A DNA stretch of 63,460 bases, counting the filler, from Lenisia limosa (taxonomy: Eukaryota > Protista > Breviatea), in assembly GCA_001655205.1 (NCBI GenBank). It is 10 parts of 10 records of this genome, joined end to end, with 100 filler letters (N's around TTAATTAATTAA, not from the genome) between each part and the next. Parts side by side here need not be neighbours in the genome. Positions count along the whole stretch, not along the records: positions 49,050 to 51,239 come from LPNZ01007086.1; positions 51,340 to 63,460 come from LPNZ01011701.1; 8 more parts are not named here. One strand, written 5' to 3'. The notes under the pieces were generated by a model. It was not told the DNA's origin. It did not search any database and saw nothing but the letters and a program-made list of their open reading frames with translations. Positions within the stretch are counted from its first letter, which is position 1, and every line of letters begins with the position of its first letter. Both the position numbers and the translations under genes were made by a program. This document shows, one piece after another, positions 51,211 to 62,789 of the stretch.

Positions 51211-51399
51211 ATAAACAAACATAAGAGAACCCCCCCCCCNNNNNNNNNNNNNNNNNNNNNNNNNNNNNNNNNNNNNNNNNNNNTTAATTAATTAANNNNN
51301 NNNNNNNNNNNNNNNNNNNNNNNNNNNNNNNNNNNNNNNGTGTATTCCATACGACTAGCACTTTTTTTTCTATTGTCAATATTGATTGTCATTTGTAAA

Positions 51400-52450
51400 A
51401 GGTCGGAGACTCATCACCATGCGGAAGTCAACGCTGCAATTCGCAAAGAAATTGAATCTTATATTTCGCATTCGTCACAACGGTATGCGCTGGAAAAGTT
51501 CTTCAAACGCACTTCTTTTTCGTATATTTGTTTCGTTTTTGATCTCTTACAGGCCCATTCTTGAACAGAAGTCGTTGAAATTGCTGCCAAGGCTCTCCGC
51601 GCTCCAACATACTCAACAATCAACGCTNNNNNNNNNNNNNNNNNNNNNNNNNNNNNNNNNNNNNNNNNNNNNNNNNNNNNNNNNNNNNNNNNNNNNNNNN
51701 NNNNNNNNNNNNNNNNNNNNNNNNNNNNNNNNNNNNNNNNNNNNNNNNNNNNNNNNNNNNNNNNNNNNNNNNNNNATGGGAAAGCGAAGTGTATCACAGA
51801 TCTTCAAGAATTGAACCCAGAAGGCACTATTGAGTTTGAGCAAGCAGTTGCGCAGCAAACTTCAAGAGCAGTGAGTGATTTTATCAAGGAGGAGGAGTTT
51901 GAGGTATCATCAGATTCTGTAGCATATGCTGAAGGTTTTGCTGCAGCTCTTGCAGCGACGGTGCATCTGCACCCCGAAGTCGCCAGCGACTTATCAAAAC
52001 TAGTATACGCTGCTGCAAATGAAATCCTTCCTTTAGCACCCTTTATTAGTAAGGGTGTCAACTTTGCTGTCAACATTGGTGCAATTACTGAAGATGTCAA
52101 GAAGCCACTGTCGTTTGTATCCTTGTCGCCAACTCAACGTCTTGTGACTCTTGAGCCGGGACAGGTACAATGACCATACTGGGTTGTATTTTCATATGGT
52201 GGTCGAGTTTTGATAATCGTGAGTATATTTATTTAACAGTCCGTGAGCTAACTGAATTTGTTGTAAAGACGTGTGACTTTGACTCCAACAGATTATTGCC
52301 AATCCTGACGACCTCAAGCCCAATGTTGTACGGCAGATGAAGCTTCCCACGTCATAAGGAGAGATAATTTGCTTTGAGACTTGCCTTCGCGCTGGAGGCT
52401 TACCCAAGCTGCAGGATAACCGCCTTAGAAAGCAGAAGGCTGTCTGTTTG
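51400..52450 (+). CDS. Multi-exon hypothetical protein
   Basis: Exons SETHHHAEVNAAIRKEIESY../PILEQKSLKLLPRL../PEGTIEFEQAVAQQTSRAV..VTLEPGQ with GT-AG introns of about 70 nt. Confidence 0.5.
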
Positions 52451-53222
52451 GTTACAGTCTGTTTGTGAGTTATGTATGAATATAAAAATGTCCATTTTTA
52501 TGGGATATGATATCATTAGCAGCATTAACCACAGGTAACTCTGTTTTATAAGGGAAAAAATAATAATCGAAAACACCCAGTGATAAAGTCATTTATCACT
52601 GGGTGTTTTCAATGTTTCAATTTAGCTTTTCCTGAATAAAAACAAGTTGAACTTAGCAAGTTTGTGTAAGAAAATAAAATTCGGAGTTTTGGCGCTCCAG
52701 CATGTATATATCGTATATAATAACATATAATATATAGTAAAATTGGATTTTGTTGACACTCAGGCCGNNNNNNNNNNNNNNNNNNNNNNNNNNNNNNNNN
52801 NNNNNNNNNNNNNNNNNNNNNNNNNNNNNNNNNNNNNNNNNNNNNNNNNNNNNNNNNNNNNNNNNNNNNNNNNNNNNNNNNNNNNNNNNNNNNNNNNNNN
52901 NNNNNNNNNNNNNNNNNNNNNNNNNNNNNNNNNNNNNNAATGACGGGGTTTTGGCGCGGGAGCATAAACAGCAACCTTAACCATTTTTTTAATCTACGTA
53001 TGATATATTATACTGTGTATAATACATGTACAAACAGTATATAACTCTCTTTAGCATTGTATATGATTATGGCTTCTTGGGACTGTAGGGAGGCCTCTAA
53101 TTATATTATATACTATGCTCGCGGTCCTTAATTAGGTCATTAATTGTTATTTTGAGTTTTAAAGCCGCAGAAACCAATTTTTAGCCCAGTTTTCATACCA
53201 CATTCAATTTCTGGGTTGTTTT

Positions 53223-53615
53223 GAGTTTTTCAAAAAAAATTCACGCACAACATTTCGGATGAATTATATGCCTTTTTCAGACTAAAAACGTTAGTGGCAA
53301 TTATAAACGACTCAAATAAATTCAGTGGAATTCAAGGCTAAAAAAAGCAAGTTGCAGATNNNNNNNNNNTTTTTGTCACTACCGAAAGGACTTGCCTTCT
53401 ATGAAAAAAACAACAGAAAATTCCAAAAATCAGTGTTTTATTAATTTTTTACAGGAAAGTGTTGATTTTTTTATCTGCAACTTGCTTTTTTTAGCCTTGA
53501 ATTCCACTGAATTTATTTGAGTCGTTTATAATGGCCACTAACGTTTTTAGTCGGAAAAAGGCATGTAATTCATCCGAAATGTTTTGCGTGAAAAAAATAT
53601 TATTTTTGAAAACTC
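53223..53615. repeat. Long inverted repeat with arms of about 135 bp (foldback/MITE-like, or an assembly artefact)
   Basis: 53223-53359 is near-perfectly complementary to 53473-53615; the spacer contains a 10-N gap. Confidence 0.8.
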
Positions 53616-53948
53616 TAAGATGTGTGTCTTGTAGATCTTTGGAAAGTTGATCCCATCTCCAGCGGTTTTCTACTGGCTCTTCGCCTCCAGCTTGCTGTGT
53701 GCTATTTCAAATACGTTCTCAAAAGCTACTGACATAAACAGTAATACCATAAACGCAAAAGACACAATTAATGAGATACCTTTTGCATGTGGACTATAAA
53801 ATTATATCGGGTGACAAGGTTCAGTTCCTAATTGAGCTGAACTATGCTGTTTATGATATGGTTTATTACTCCAAATGAAACATGATTGCTATAATATCAT
53901 GATAACTAACCTGTGCTTAGCAATCATCAGACCTGCTCCTGCCCCGGC

Positions 53949-54293
53949 TCACCACCTGCAATGCACTATTGATCTGCCCCCCACAGCGGAGAAAAAGTAG
54001 AACACGAAAGTCACGCTATAGTCAATAATACTAAATAGGACTGCATTTTTTACGACTTGGCTAATTGGATAAGAGCATCTCTTGAAATTAATGGCATTTA
54101 TTGCTTTGTGGAGCGCGTTGATCTTGGTTTGAAGATCGTCAACGACGTCCTCCGGCTGAACGGAAACAGAAGTGACGCTATCAGTGTCATCTTGAAGGAA
54201 ATCGCGATACTGGCCTCTGTAGCAAATTGGAACATCTTCGACAGTCAGTAGTTCATCCATAGCAGTAGAAAGACTAATATACATGTACGTCAT
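53949..54293 (-). CDS. Hypothetical ORF or exon with a coiled-coil-like segment
   Basis: 114-aa ORF (..PEDVVDDLQTKINALHKAINAINF..); no recognised family. Confidence 0.3.
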   Translation of the reverse strand: MTYMYISLSTAMDELLTVEDVPICYRGQYRDFLQDDTDSVTSVSVQPEDVVDDLQTKINALHKAINAINFKRCSYPISQVVKNAVLFSIIDYSVTFVFYFFSAVGGRSIVHCRW

Positions 54294-55149
54294 GAAAGGA
54301 AACCGAGGAAAAGTATGAAATAAGAAGAAACCCCAACTAACATATCATATGGACTTGCCTCAGATGGGTCGAAGATCAAAATGTGCCGTCTCCAAGCAAC
54401 TTGTACAAATAAAAGGTCGCGCTTGGTGAATGAGTAGTCTCCGTGAACTGATAACTATACAAATCAAAAGCAATCCCCGGCCCGTCCGACCACAATGTTT
54501 CACTAAATTCAGGTTTGAACATTATTACTATTTATGAGCAACAAATCAGTGATATCATCTTCGTCCAACTCATCTGGATCGACTTCATTCAGTGCTGAGC
54601 AGCTCTCCCATGACTACTTGGTCTTTGTCACTTCCCAAGTCCATCACTCCTTGGAATTGGTCCTAAAACGACAAAATTTAACTGTCACCGACCAGGCGGC
54701 GCGAAATGGGTTCACAGAATGCAAGTTTCACTCCAATCCTGCAGCCATTTCGCATCTGATGGAGATCATGCCAAACGAGAGTTTCAAGCGAACACTGAAG
54801 GGAGGTTTGCAATAATGCGAAGATACAACCTTTTGGGTTTTTATATCTGCTCTTTCCCCTTTAACTGCCCCTTCCTGATCTGATTACAGGTGAAGAAACG
54901 ATTTATCTCGTGAAGATGTCTGATGTGCTATCTTTACTTGGCTGCAGCTACGGGTATGTTCGAATAAAATGGTCAATTATACAATGAAAGGGGATTAATT
55001 TAATCTTCTTCGCCTCTTTCAAGCCTCTTTATCACCTCTTTTTATGCCAGAAGAAGGTCAAGAAAACAACAAGATCAAAAAAAGCGGAGAATTATTACTG
55101 TTCTTCTTTTTCTGTCGGCAACTCTGGCAAATGGAAAGGCAACGCAAAA

Positions 55150-55202
55150 GGAGACCCTCCTCCTTGTCTGAGCAACGTCCTTAGACAAGGAGGAGGGTCT
55201 CC
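55150..55202. other. Perfect 20-bp GC-rich hairpin with 13-nt loop
   Basis: GGAGACCCTCCTCCTTGTCT (55150-55169) pairs with AGACAAGGAGGAGGGTCTCC (55183-55202). Confidence 0.9.
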
Positions 55203-56895
55203 TTTGCTGAAGAAGTCCCAGTTGATACTTTAAACATATTGCTTTCTCTTTAGGCAATCAAATGTAGTTACCTTGGGGGGAGCTATGTTGGTTTTGTAGA
55301 CTATTCTTGATTTACACGTCATCTTTCTTATAGATTTGTGGTTTTATGTGAAGAAAGCCAGTGCTGTAATAGAGGGAAAGTCCTGTGTCAAGGATTATTG
55401 TGAAAATCCGACATGCCCAGCCTGACTATAGAAGCTCTCGTACCCGCGGCGGTTCCACTTGAGGAGCTAGATCAGCAGTAACACTTGGTAGGTCTCGTCT
55501 TTGTAAAATATTGTTGGCCATTCTGCAATTTGGACTTAACAAGTGTAAATAAATTTGACAAATGTGGGTAAAAAGATCTGTTGGGCTGACAGAGGATTTT
55601 AACCGCTGACCTCAAATACACCTTAGGGTTACGAAGACCTAAGGATTATTTGAGGCGCCCCTCTGGAAACTATATGTACTATGTGAAGTAATCAAAGGAA
55701 TGGTGGGTAGGGATTTAAATAAATATCACAACTTCCATGGAGGTAAATTGATCACTAGATGGGGATCCGAGGTGACACTGCCCAAGAAGTTCAGCCAAAA
55801 CTGCAATTCGCAAAAAAAAGTCCATCGTTTTGTCGCTACAAGTGCCTGGTGTCATCGTCCAACTCTGAAGATCTTGACGTTTTGTGATTTTTTACAATGT
55901 TTTATGATGATATACGAAGTACTACTTAACCTGTAGATTTTGCATATTTTGAAAATGTTTTGAGGGAATATTTTGAGAAAAGATACGGGTAAATTTAAGT
56001 TCTCACGAGAGTTGTCGTGAAAAATCATCAATTCACGGTAAAAAAATGGCCGCCTATTTCAACAGTCAATTACCTCCATAAAACTTCACTAAACTACAAT
56101 ATTAACATGGGATTACATTGAACAAAATTCCATCTCCGAGGTTTTTTTTCCTGCTGACACAGATTTTCTCCTTAAGTTAATTTTTGGAAGTGTTGCAGAA
56201 AGTTGCACACTATATTATTTATCAAGAATCAATAAATACATCGATTTTACTGAGGTTTGAGGTCAAAATCTTGGGAAAAATTTAGGGTCTTCAATTTGTC
56301 TAAAAAATGTTGAAATAAAAACCTGTAAATAATGAGAAACTTTTTTCGAAATTGTTTATTTGACCTGCAATGACAACCTGAACCTACGTTACTTTTTACA
56401 ATAACCTCAAATAATTCACCAAAAATGACTATGATTTTGCTCCTGCGAAATAGAGCTTTCATCTCTCAAATCATTACGTCACCGTTGACTAATTATTTAG
56501 AGTGACCTTGCTCGATTTGGAGCCTTTGCAAGTATTCAACAATGCCCTATCTTTGTCCAAGCAACTGGGGAACCTACTGGTCTCGTACCTCAATAAAATT
56601 GGTTTATAAAGGCTATTAAATGGAGTCTATTTATGTTATGCGATTACTGTCGTTACATTAATTACATGATTATTTGGAACTGAGGTCTACCTACCCCCTC
56701 CTCCCGGGGTTTGAAAATGAAATAATGGTCGCCTCCCCTCCCCCCATAAAAAAAGCAGCTGACTGGGATATGGGGTTTTCTTTTGAGAGTAAGGAAAACA
56801 TAAAAGCAGTCGGATCACGAGCCAGCCTGTGTAGTTTTAAAATTCTTCGTCAAAGAATGATTTGAATGATGCATTGATTTTAAATTAGTTTTATT

Positions 56896-57053
56896 TAGCT
56901 ACTGACATTAACATGAATACCTGACAGTGTGAGACTGAGGAAAATCTCTTCAAACCCCATCACATCACAACAAAAAGGAGGGTCTCCTTTTGCGTTGCCT
57001 TTCCATTTGCCAGAGTTGCCGACATAGCTACTGACATTAACATGAATACCTGA
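56896..57053. repeat. 100-bp insert flanked by a perfect 29-bp direct repeat
   Basis: TAGCTACTGACATTAACATGAATACCTGA at 56896-56924 and 57025-57053; about 48 bp of the insert is the reverse complement of 55113-55160. Confidence 0.85.
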
Positions 57054-57959
57054 TATAGTCAAAACTGTTGTTAAAGCGATCCAACTAATGGTATATTTTT
57101 GAACTCNNNNNNNNNNNNNNNNNNNNNNNNNNNNNNNNNNNNNNNNNNNNNNNNNNNNNNNNNNNNNNNNNNNNNNNNNNNNNNNNNNNNNNNNNNNNNN
57201 NNACACTATATATTTAAAGAGTACAACTCTTGATGTCAAATCGAGAGATGTATTGTATAGCCATCCCAAGAACCAAATATTTTTGAACAAATCAAAAACC
57301 TTTAAATTAAAAACTGTTTTAATCCCCATACTGAAGACACTACAACCACAGCGTAAATTTAAGTCGTTTATTGAAGACCTAAATGCTTAATTGAATTGAA
57401 TACAATGGTAAAGAGCAGATATGTATGTGGTCAACAAATATCTCAATTTGTGTTATCATATTACCAGAGAGTTAGTTCCTTAAGAATTAATGCAAAATAG
57501 AGGTAAGAATTATCATTTTATGGTGATAAATATGATCAAAAACACAACCGCACTAACTTTGGTCCGGTGGCGGCTCAATTAAGCGGCTCAATTTTAAGAG
57601 CCAGGAAATGCACTTCTTTTCAAATGGATGAAACGATGAGTTATAGGGAAGCTTTGTCTTGAAGAATAGCAAAAAATAAAGTCTAAAAGTTCCAAAATTA
57701 TCTAAGAGGGGTGTTGAGTAAAAACAATATTGGTGAAAAGGGAAATGAACTGAACTGTGAACTGAACTTTTTTGAAACAATAATTTTTTCTGGATTGTTC
57801 TATTTATGCAATCAAAAGTAAGATATTACGTGGTGAGAAGGTCCTGTTATAGATCAAAAATCAAAACCGACACCAAATCACTAAGTCAAGTACTTACTCC
57901 TCGAGGATACACAAATACACGCCAAATACCAGCTTGAAACAACCCAGTCCACATGGTAT

Positions 57960-58445
57960 TTCTCATATCGAATAGGCAGCATCTTCCTTTGCCTCGTTGA
58001 ATGCCTCAAAAGAGATTGACTCGACGTGATAGCCTGTAATGCCGTCTTGAGTGACCTTCGGGGTAGCCTAAATATCGGTTAATATAAAAAAATTAGACGA
58101 CCAAGTCACATGAGGTCTTACATTTATTCCGTCGGGAACTTTGAGGTCGGTAGTTGTACGATGGCATTCAACGGGTGGCGAGGATTTCAATTCCGTTGGA
58201 TGAAAATGGCGAAACACCATATCCATCTTATCAACAGGAGGAGCACGCCATGTATACATTATTGTTGTATGAGTCAACTCCAAGTTGGTGCTTCTACTAT
58301 CGATTTGGCCGTTCCTGAGGGGTTTGGGGTAATATATTGTTTGGCATCTATATTTATCCTGAGTTTTACTAATCGGTGACAGTCCGCTGAAAATGATGAA
58401 AACCTGATGGTCTTTCTGTGTGTTGATACCGATGTGGTTGCTCAC
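57960..58445 (-). CDS. Hypothetical ORF or exons
   Basis: 125-aa ORF plus a downstream AG-preceded exon ATPKVTQDGITGYHVESISFEAF; no recognised family. Confidence 0.25.
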
Positions 58446-60602
58446 GCTAAGCTAAAGTTCAGGTTAGCGATGAAAAAAAGGTATTTTTCTTTTTCTTCTT
58501 TTTCTTCCTCCTGATACCGATATCACATTAATCGTTTTGATGATTTCAAAAATATAGATATTATATCATGGTTCTAATGTTATCTTTTTTTTGCCAGATC
58601 AAATCCTCTTCAAAATTTCCGCAGTTGCTATATTTGGTCCTTCACTTTCATCTCTACCTTTTTCGAATATATTATTCTTTATATTGCTTCCTTCTCTTTT
58701 GACCTAAAACAATGAAAATTGTATGTGCAGCAATTGAAATGGGTACCATTAAAATGGGCTGCAGCAAAAACAACATGACCATCCTAACCTGCTCAAAGAA
58801 ACGCATCTGATCGGGGCGCTCCAACCTTCGACCCAGCTCTTGTCCACAGCGTCGGTGAGGACATTACGTAGTTCTTGGACGCGAAGGGTGGAGAATGAGA
58901 CTAGAACCTTGCGAATTAGTCTTGCTGCGTTTTTAGGGCATTAGCCTTGTAATAGTGGGTGTCTAGGAGATCCTTAAACTCGGCGACAGGGATATAACAC
59001 ACGATGGCAACAGAAGAGTCACAAAACCCGGTGGATCGCACAAATTTGGGAGCTCAAACTCCGCTTCAAGCAGTACATTACTGAGTAAACGGATTAACCG
59101 GTTTGAAACCCCGTACAAGATAACAGCGCCCTCGCAGAGTCCCTGACTGCAGCTGCCGTAGTTGCCCCAATAATGTATTGTTCCACGTGCAATATAAACC
59201 GGCTACGTCACACTCCTATATGGCAACACCCCAGGACCATTCCAATCTCGGTTTAAGATCAAAGAGCCCAGGCGACAGACTTCAGAAGAAAAATACTTGG
59301 TGATCTTTAGGATGATCAAAGCTCCAGATTCAGTGCATCTTTAGCTTTCTGTTTAGCAGTGATTTAGAAAGAAAAAAAAAAAAAAAATTGTTGCCGAAAA
59401 CTGTCCACCCCAGGCCCAAAAGCGTATAAACTAGGTTACAACAATTAATTGGACTCCCGCTTTAAAGGTATTTATTTTTTTTGAAAAACAGGACGACCAT
59501 GGGATTTTCTGTGACACGGAATTTGTGGGATTTGGACGTTGATTCCAAGTTGATCCAAGGAGGAGTATAGATGAGGAAGGGGACACCAAGTTTTTTGGAC
59601 GCCCTATTTAGTCCAGTTTGTCGGAAGCTTTCTTTCGGAAGGAATTTTTCAGGGAAATGTTGATATTGCATGTTATTTCAACGTTATTTGGACAATTTGT
59701 CATTAGTAAAATAAGCAAGGTGGATCAATAGTACTACAAGCCTGCAGAGCTCCCATAAAGCTCATCTTTACGATTGATAAGGCTATACAAGCTTTCTTTC
59801 TTCTTATACCAACCTTTATTTCACAGAGATACAAATATTTAAATATTCAGCAGCGTTTATTTGACTAATGATCATCATTTTTTCAAACTTTCAAGAATGA
59901 AATTGGTCAGAGTAGCCTATTAAATGACATTTCTTTCCCCCAATTCCAATCCCTCCAAAGTTGCAAGTAGAGTATTTTAGGAATATAAAAAAAAAGTTGG
60001 TGTCCCCATATGTAATATCTATTCTCCTCGATCGGGGCTCGACGTCTCATTTTTGTGAATTACTGTTTCTATGCCTCAAGTTTTCCTGACTGTGGGAACG
60101 GTTTTCATTTACCTCCATGTTTTTTCTGGCCCTAATAGTTTTTTCCTGGAAGCTTGATTGATCCCCTTGCATGGTGGACACATCTAGGACATATCGCATG
60201 GGTCCCAAACCGAAAACCCTGAAATCGAAGAATCCAATACCCGGCATTCTGGGAAACTATTAAATCTTTTATAAAAGGTTCTGGATTTAAACCTCCCATT
60301 TCAACTTTAGCCTTTCCGAGACAAAAATCTCATACCCGTATTTTCCATCAATAATATTGATATTTAGGAGCAAGTTCAGTAAAGCGAGGTTGAGAAGAAA
60401 ATCGTATTTTCCTTGTGTTTGCAGAAACTATCTTTTGAAAATAGCAAGAGTAGGAGATATCTCCACTTGAAGGAACCAATCACAAGCAACTTTCCAAGCC
60501 TTCCCTCCCCACTTATGATATTAAGTCAAATTCCCCACTTGAAACTTAATAACAATGTTGAAACTTCAAAGAAACAAACAGCCAAGAAACAAACAGAATT
60601 GC

Positions 60603-61738
60603 TTAAAAATGATATACAACGCAGTCTCCCCCAGAGAGTCCAACAATCAAATAGTCTCAAACATAATAAAACCGAAAAGAACCTATTCAAAACCAAAGCG
60701 AGAGGTTGTTGCCTCATTAAAATTTTTGAAATTTCGTGAGAGCTTTCAAACTCAAAAATACAAAATAAGAACAAAACAAAGAAAACTAAACATGCTGCTC
60801 TCCACATACAATAAAAATTGGAAGAATAGGGTGACATCGCACCAAAGTGAAACAGTCATCCAGCAATTTTGTCCATAGCAAATCAAGAGATTTGTTAAAT
60901 ACAGAGATACTTCCATTTAATGAGACTGCAGCTGAAAAAGTAGTTGAAATACAGTTAAATTAAGAAGTCAAACCAAGCTACATCCTCAACCAAAAAGGGA
61001 AGAGAAACTCTATGAGGAACATTGGTGACTAACATGTCAAAGAGAAACATTCCATGATCTCCAGCAATTAAGATACTGTTTGCAATGAAATCAAAACAGG
61101 AAATATTCACCCTAAATTTCAAAAGAGGAAGAGAATCGCCCCACAAAAACAACTCATTTTCATCAAATGTGATGATCATTTCGCTGAAAATTTCACCTCC
61201 AATCACAGGCAAAGAGTGAAAATGTTCAGCAAGAATCTCACAGTTAAATAAAGTCACTTTGGCAGAACAATCCTGCCCTCCAGCAAGAAATCTGTCTTCC
61301 CTACTCCAACGTAAAAACTAACTAAGTATAAACATTGAACATTTACTTCATCTGAAAAAATCATTCTATTTGATAGTATTTTATCCAGTGGAAAATTATA
61401 AACAGAAACAAGGCCATTCATGTCAACAGAAGCAAGGTAACTTCCGCATCTAGAAAAACTCAGAATGGATACACTTTCTGTATGTATGTCATTAATTGTT
61501 TTGAAAACATCACCATTTATATAATCCCAAATCAAAACATTTTCACCTTCTCCACCTGAAGCAACCAACGGGAGATTTGGGTGAAGTGATATTGCAAATA
61601 TTGAAGCAAATGAAGAATAACAGAAAAACCTCCATGCTCCGAAAACATAAGAGATTCCTTTAACTGCTCATCACTCTTATCTGAAGAAGGCTTAACTGAA
61701 GTTAAAGATATTACTTCGTCACCACTACTCAAACTCAT
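60603..61738 (-). CDS. AAMP: AAMP/Sqt1-like WD40 protein (uL16/Rpl10 chaperone family), 340 aa after removing five 20-25-nt introns
   Basis: Exons 61738-61630, 61606-61341, 61317-60974, 60951-60792, 60771-60683, 60657-60603 total 1023 nt with consistent phases. FSEHGASIFAISLHPNLPLVASGGEGENVLIWD..HTESVSILSFSRCGSYLASVDMNGLVSVY..DEVNFLRWS..FLAGG parallels the recalled AAMP/Sqt1 motifs (F..H.ASVFCVSLDP...TGGEDDKAFVW, H.DSV....FS.D...ATGDMSG, LEWMEWHP). Confidence 0.75.
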
Positions 61739-62789
61739 TTTACACCCCTGAACCCCTGAACAGCGCACACCAAGCCTGCACCCAAACCCAACCCTTGGAG
61801 GTTGGGGTGGTCCTAGGTATTATAGGATTCCGGAACGAAAAGTTCCGAAACTTCAAAAAGGGACTATGTTCCTTGGCCACGTTCAAACTTATTTAACAAT
61901 ATTAATTCACAAGATAAGTTCGCCACAAGGTCCCTCTGAACCAACCAGAGGCTACTTTGGCGCGAGCGACCGGTTTGTTTCAATCCAGAAATGAATATCG
62001 TATTTTGACTGGTTTTTTGGTGTAATTTATAGAATGGGTCATAGAGGCACAGTAATTTCGTAAATGGGGATCCGAGGTAATTGACTAGATGTTAAAATTG
62101 TCCGCACGTTCTCCACTGGCATCATTTTCATCATCTAGAGGATGAGACGGTTGGAAAAGAAGTCGAAATAAGAAAAATAGTAGTGATAATTTAGTGGACT
62201 GCTGAATTTATCAATGCAATATTCCCTTTGATACTTGGTGGTTATTTTCGATTTCAAACGTAATCACAATATGATGACAAATCATCCGATTCATAGCTAA
62301 AGGACCTCATGCTAAGAACCTTTGAGTTAGTGCTATTTCTCCAAATTTTGAAATTACTTTTAAATCAATTTCAAGGATTCCAAATTAGTGACAACTAGTT
62401 GACAAAAGGTGTTTCATTGCAACAAGTCCCCACCCACCACAAGGTATTTGGATAGTTCTGGANNNNNNNNNNNNNNNNNNNNNNNNNNNNNNNNNNNNNN
62501 NNNNNNNNNNNNNNNNNNNNNNNNNNNNNNNNNNCCACAGTCGCTTATTTTCCAAGATGAGTCCATCTGGCGATATTCCCATAAACTACTGGTGGTCCCA
62601 GGACGCTACTGGTGCTGTCACAAGCCCACATAGGATGAACTAGGCCAATTAAAGCTCTCCCAAAAGAAAACAAAATAAATTAATGATACATGTTCAAAAA
62701 ATGATCAAAACAGATGACATGTATAACAATTATCACAACAATGTTAAAAATCTATGAATGACAAAATGTAGAAAACATATTCAGTACTG

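Noticed and set aside
8591-51295. Recurrent TTAATTAATTAA as a biological motif
   Set aside because: Always centred in exactly 44+44 N; a standard six-frame-stop contig spacer.
796-52984. Many ORF-track entries containing X runs
   Set aside because: They read through masked N blocks and introns; real coding is in short GT-AG exons, often in another frame or strand.
58800-59300. GC-richer stretch as a retroelement ORF
   Set aside because: Frames are interrupted and I could identify no RT, integrase or endonuclease motif.
60603-61738. Alternative genetic code or ribosomal frameshifting to explain the broken WD40 ORF
   Set aside because: The breaks are frame changes, so stop reassignment cannot fix them. 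Frameshifting would leave 6-8 extra residues that disrupt motif spacing, whereas excising the GTT-started segments restores it. Not excluded without cDNA.
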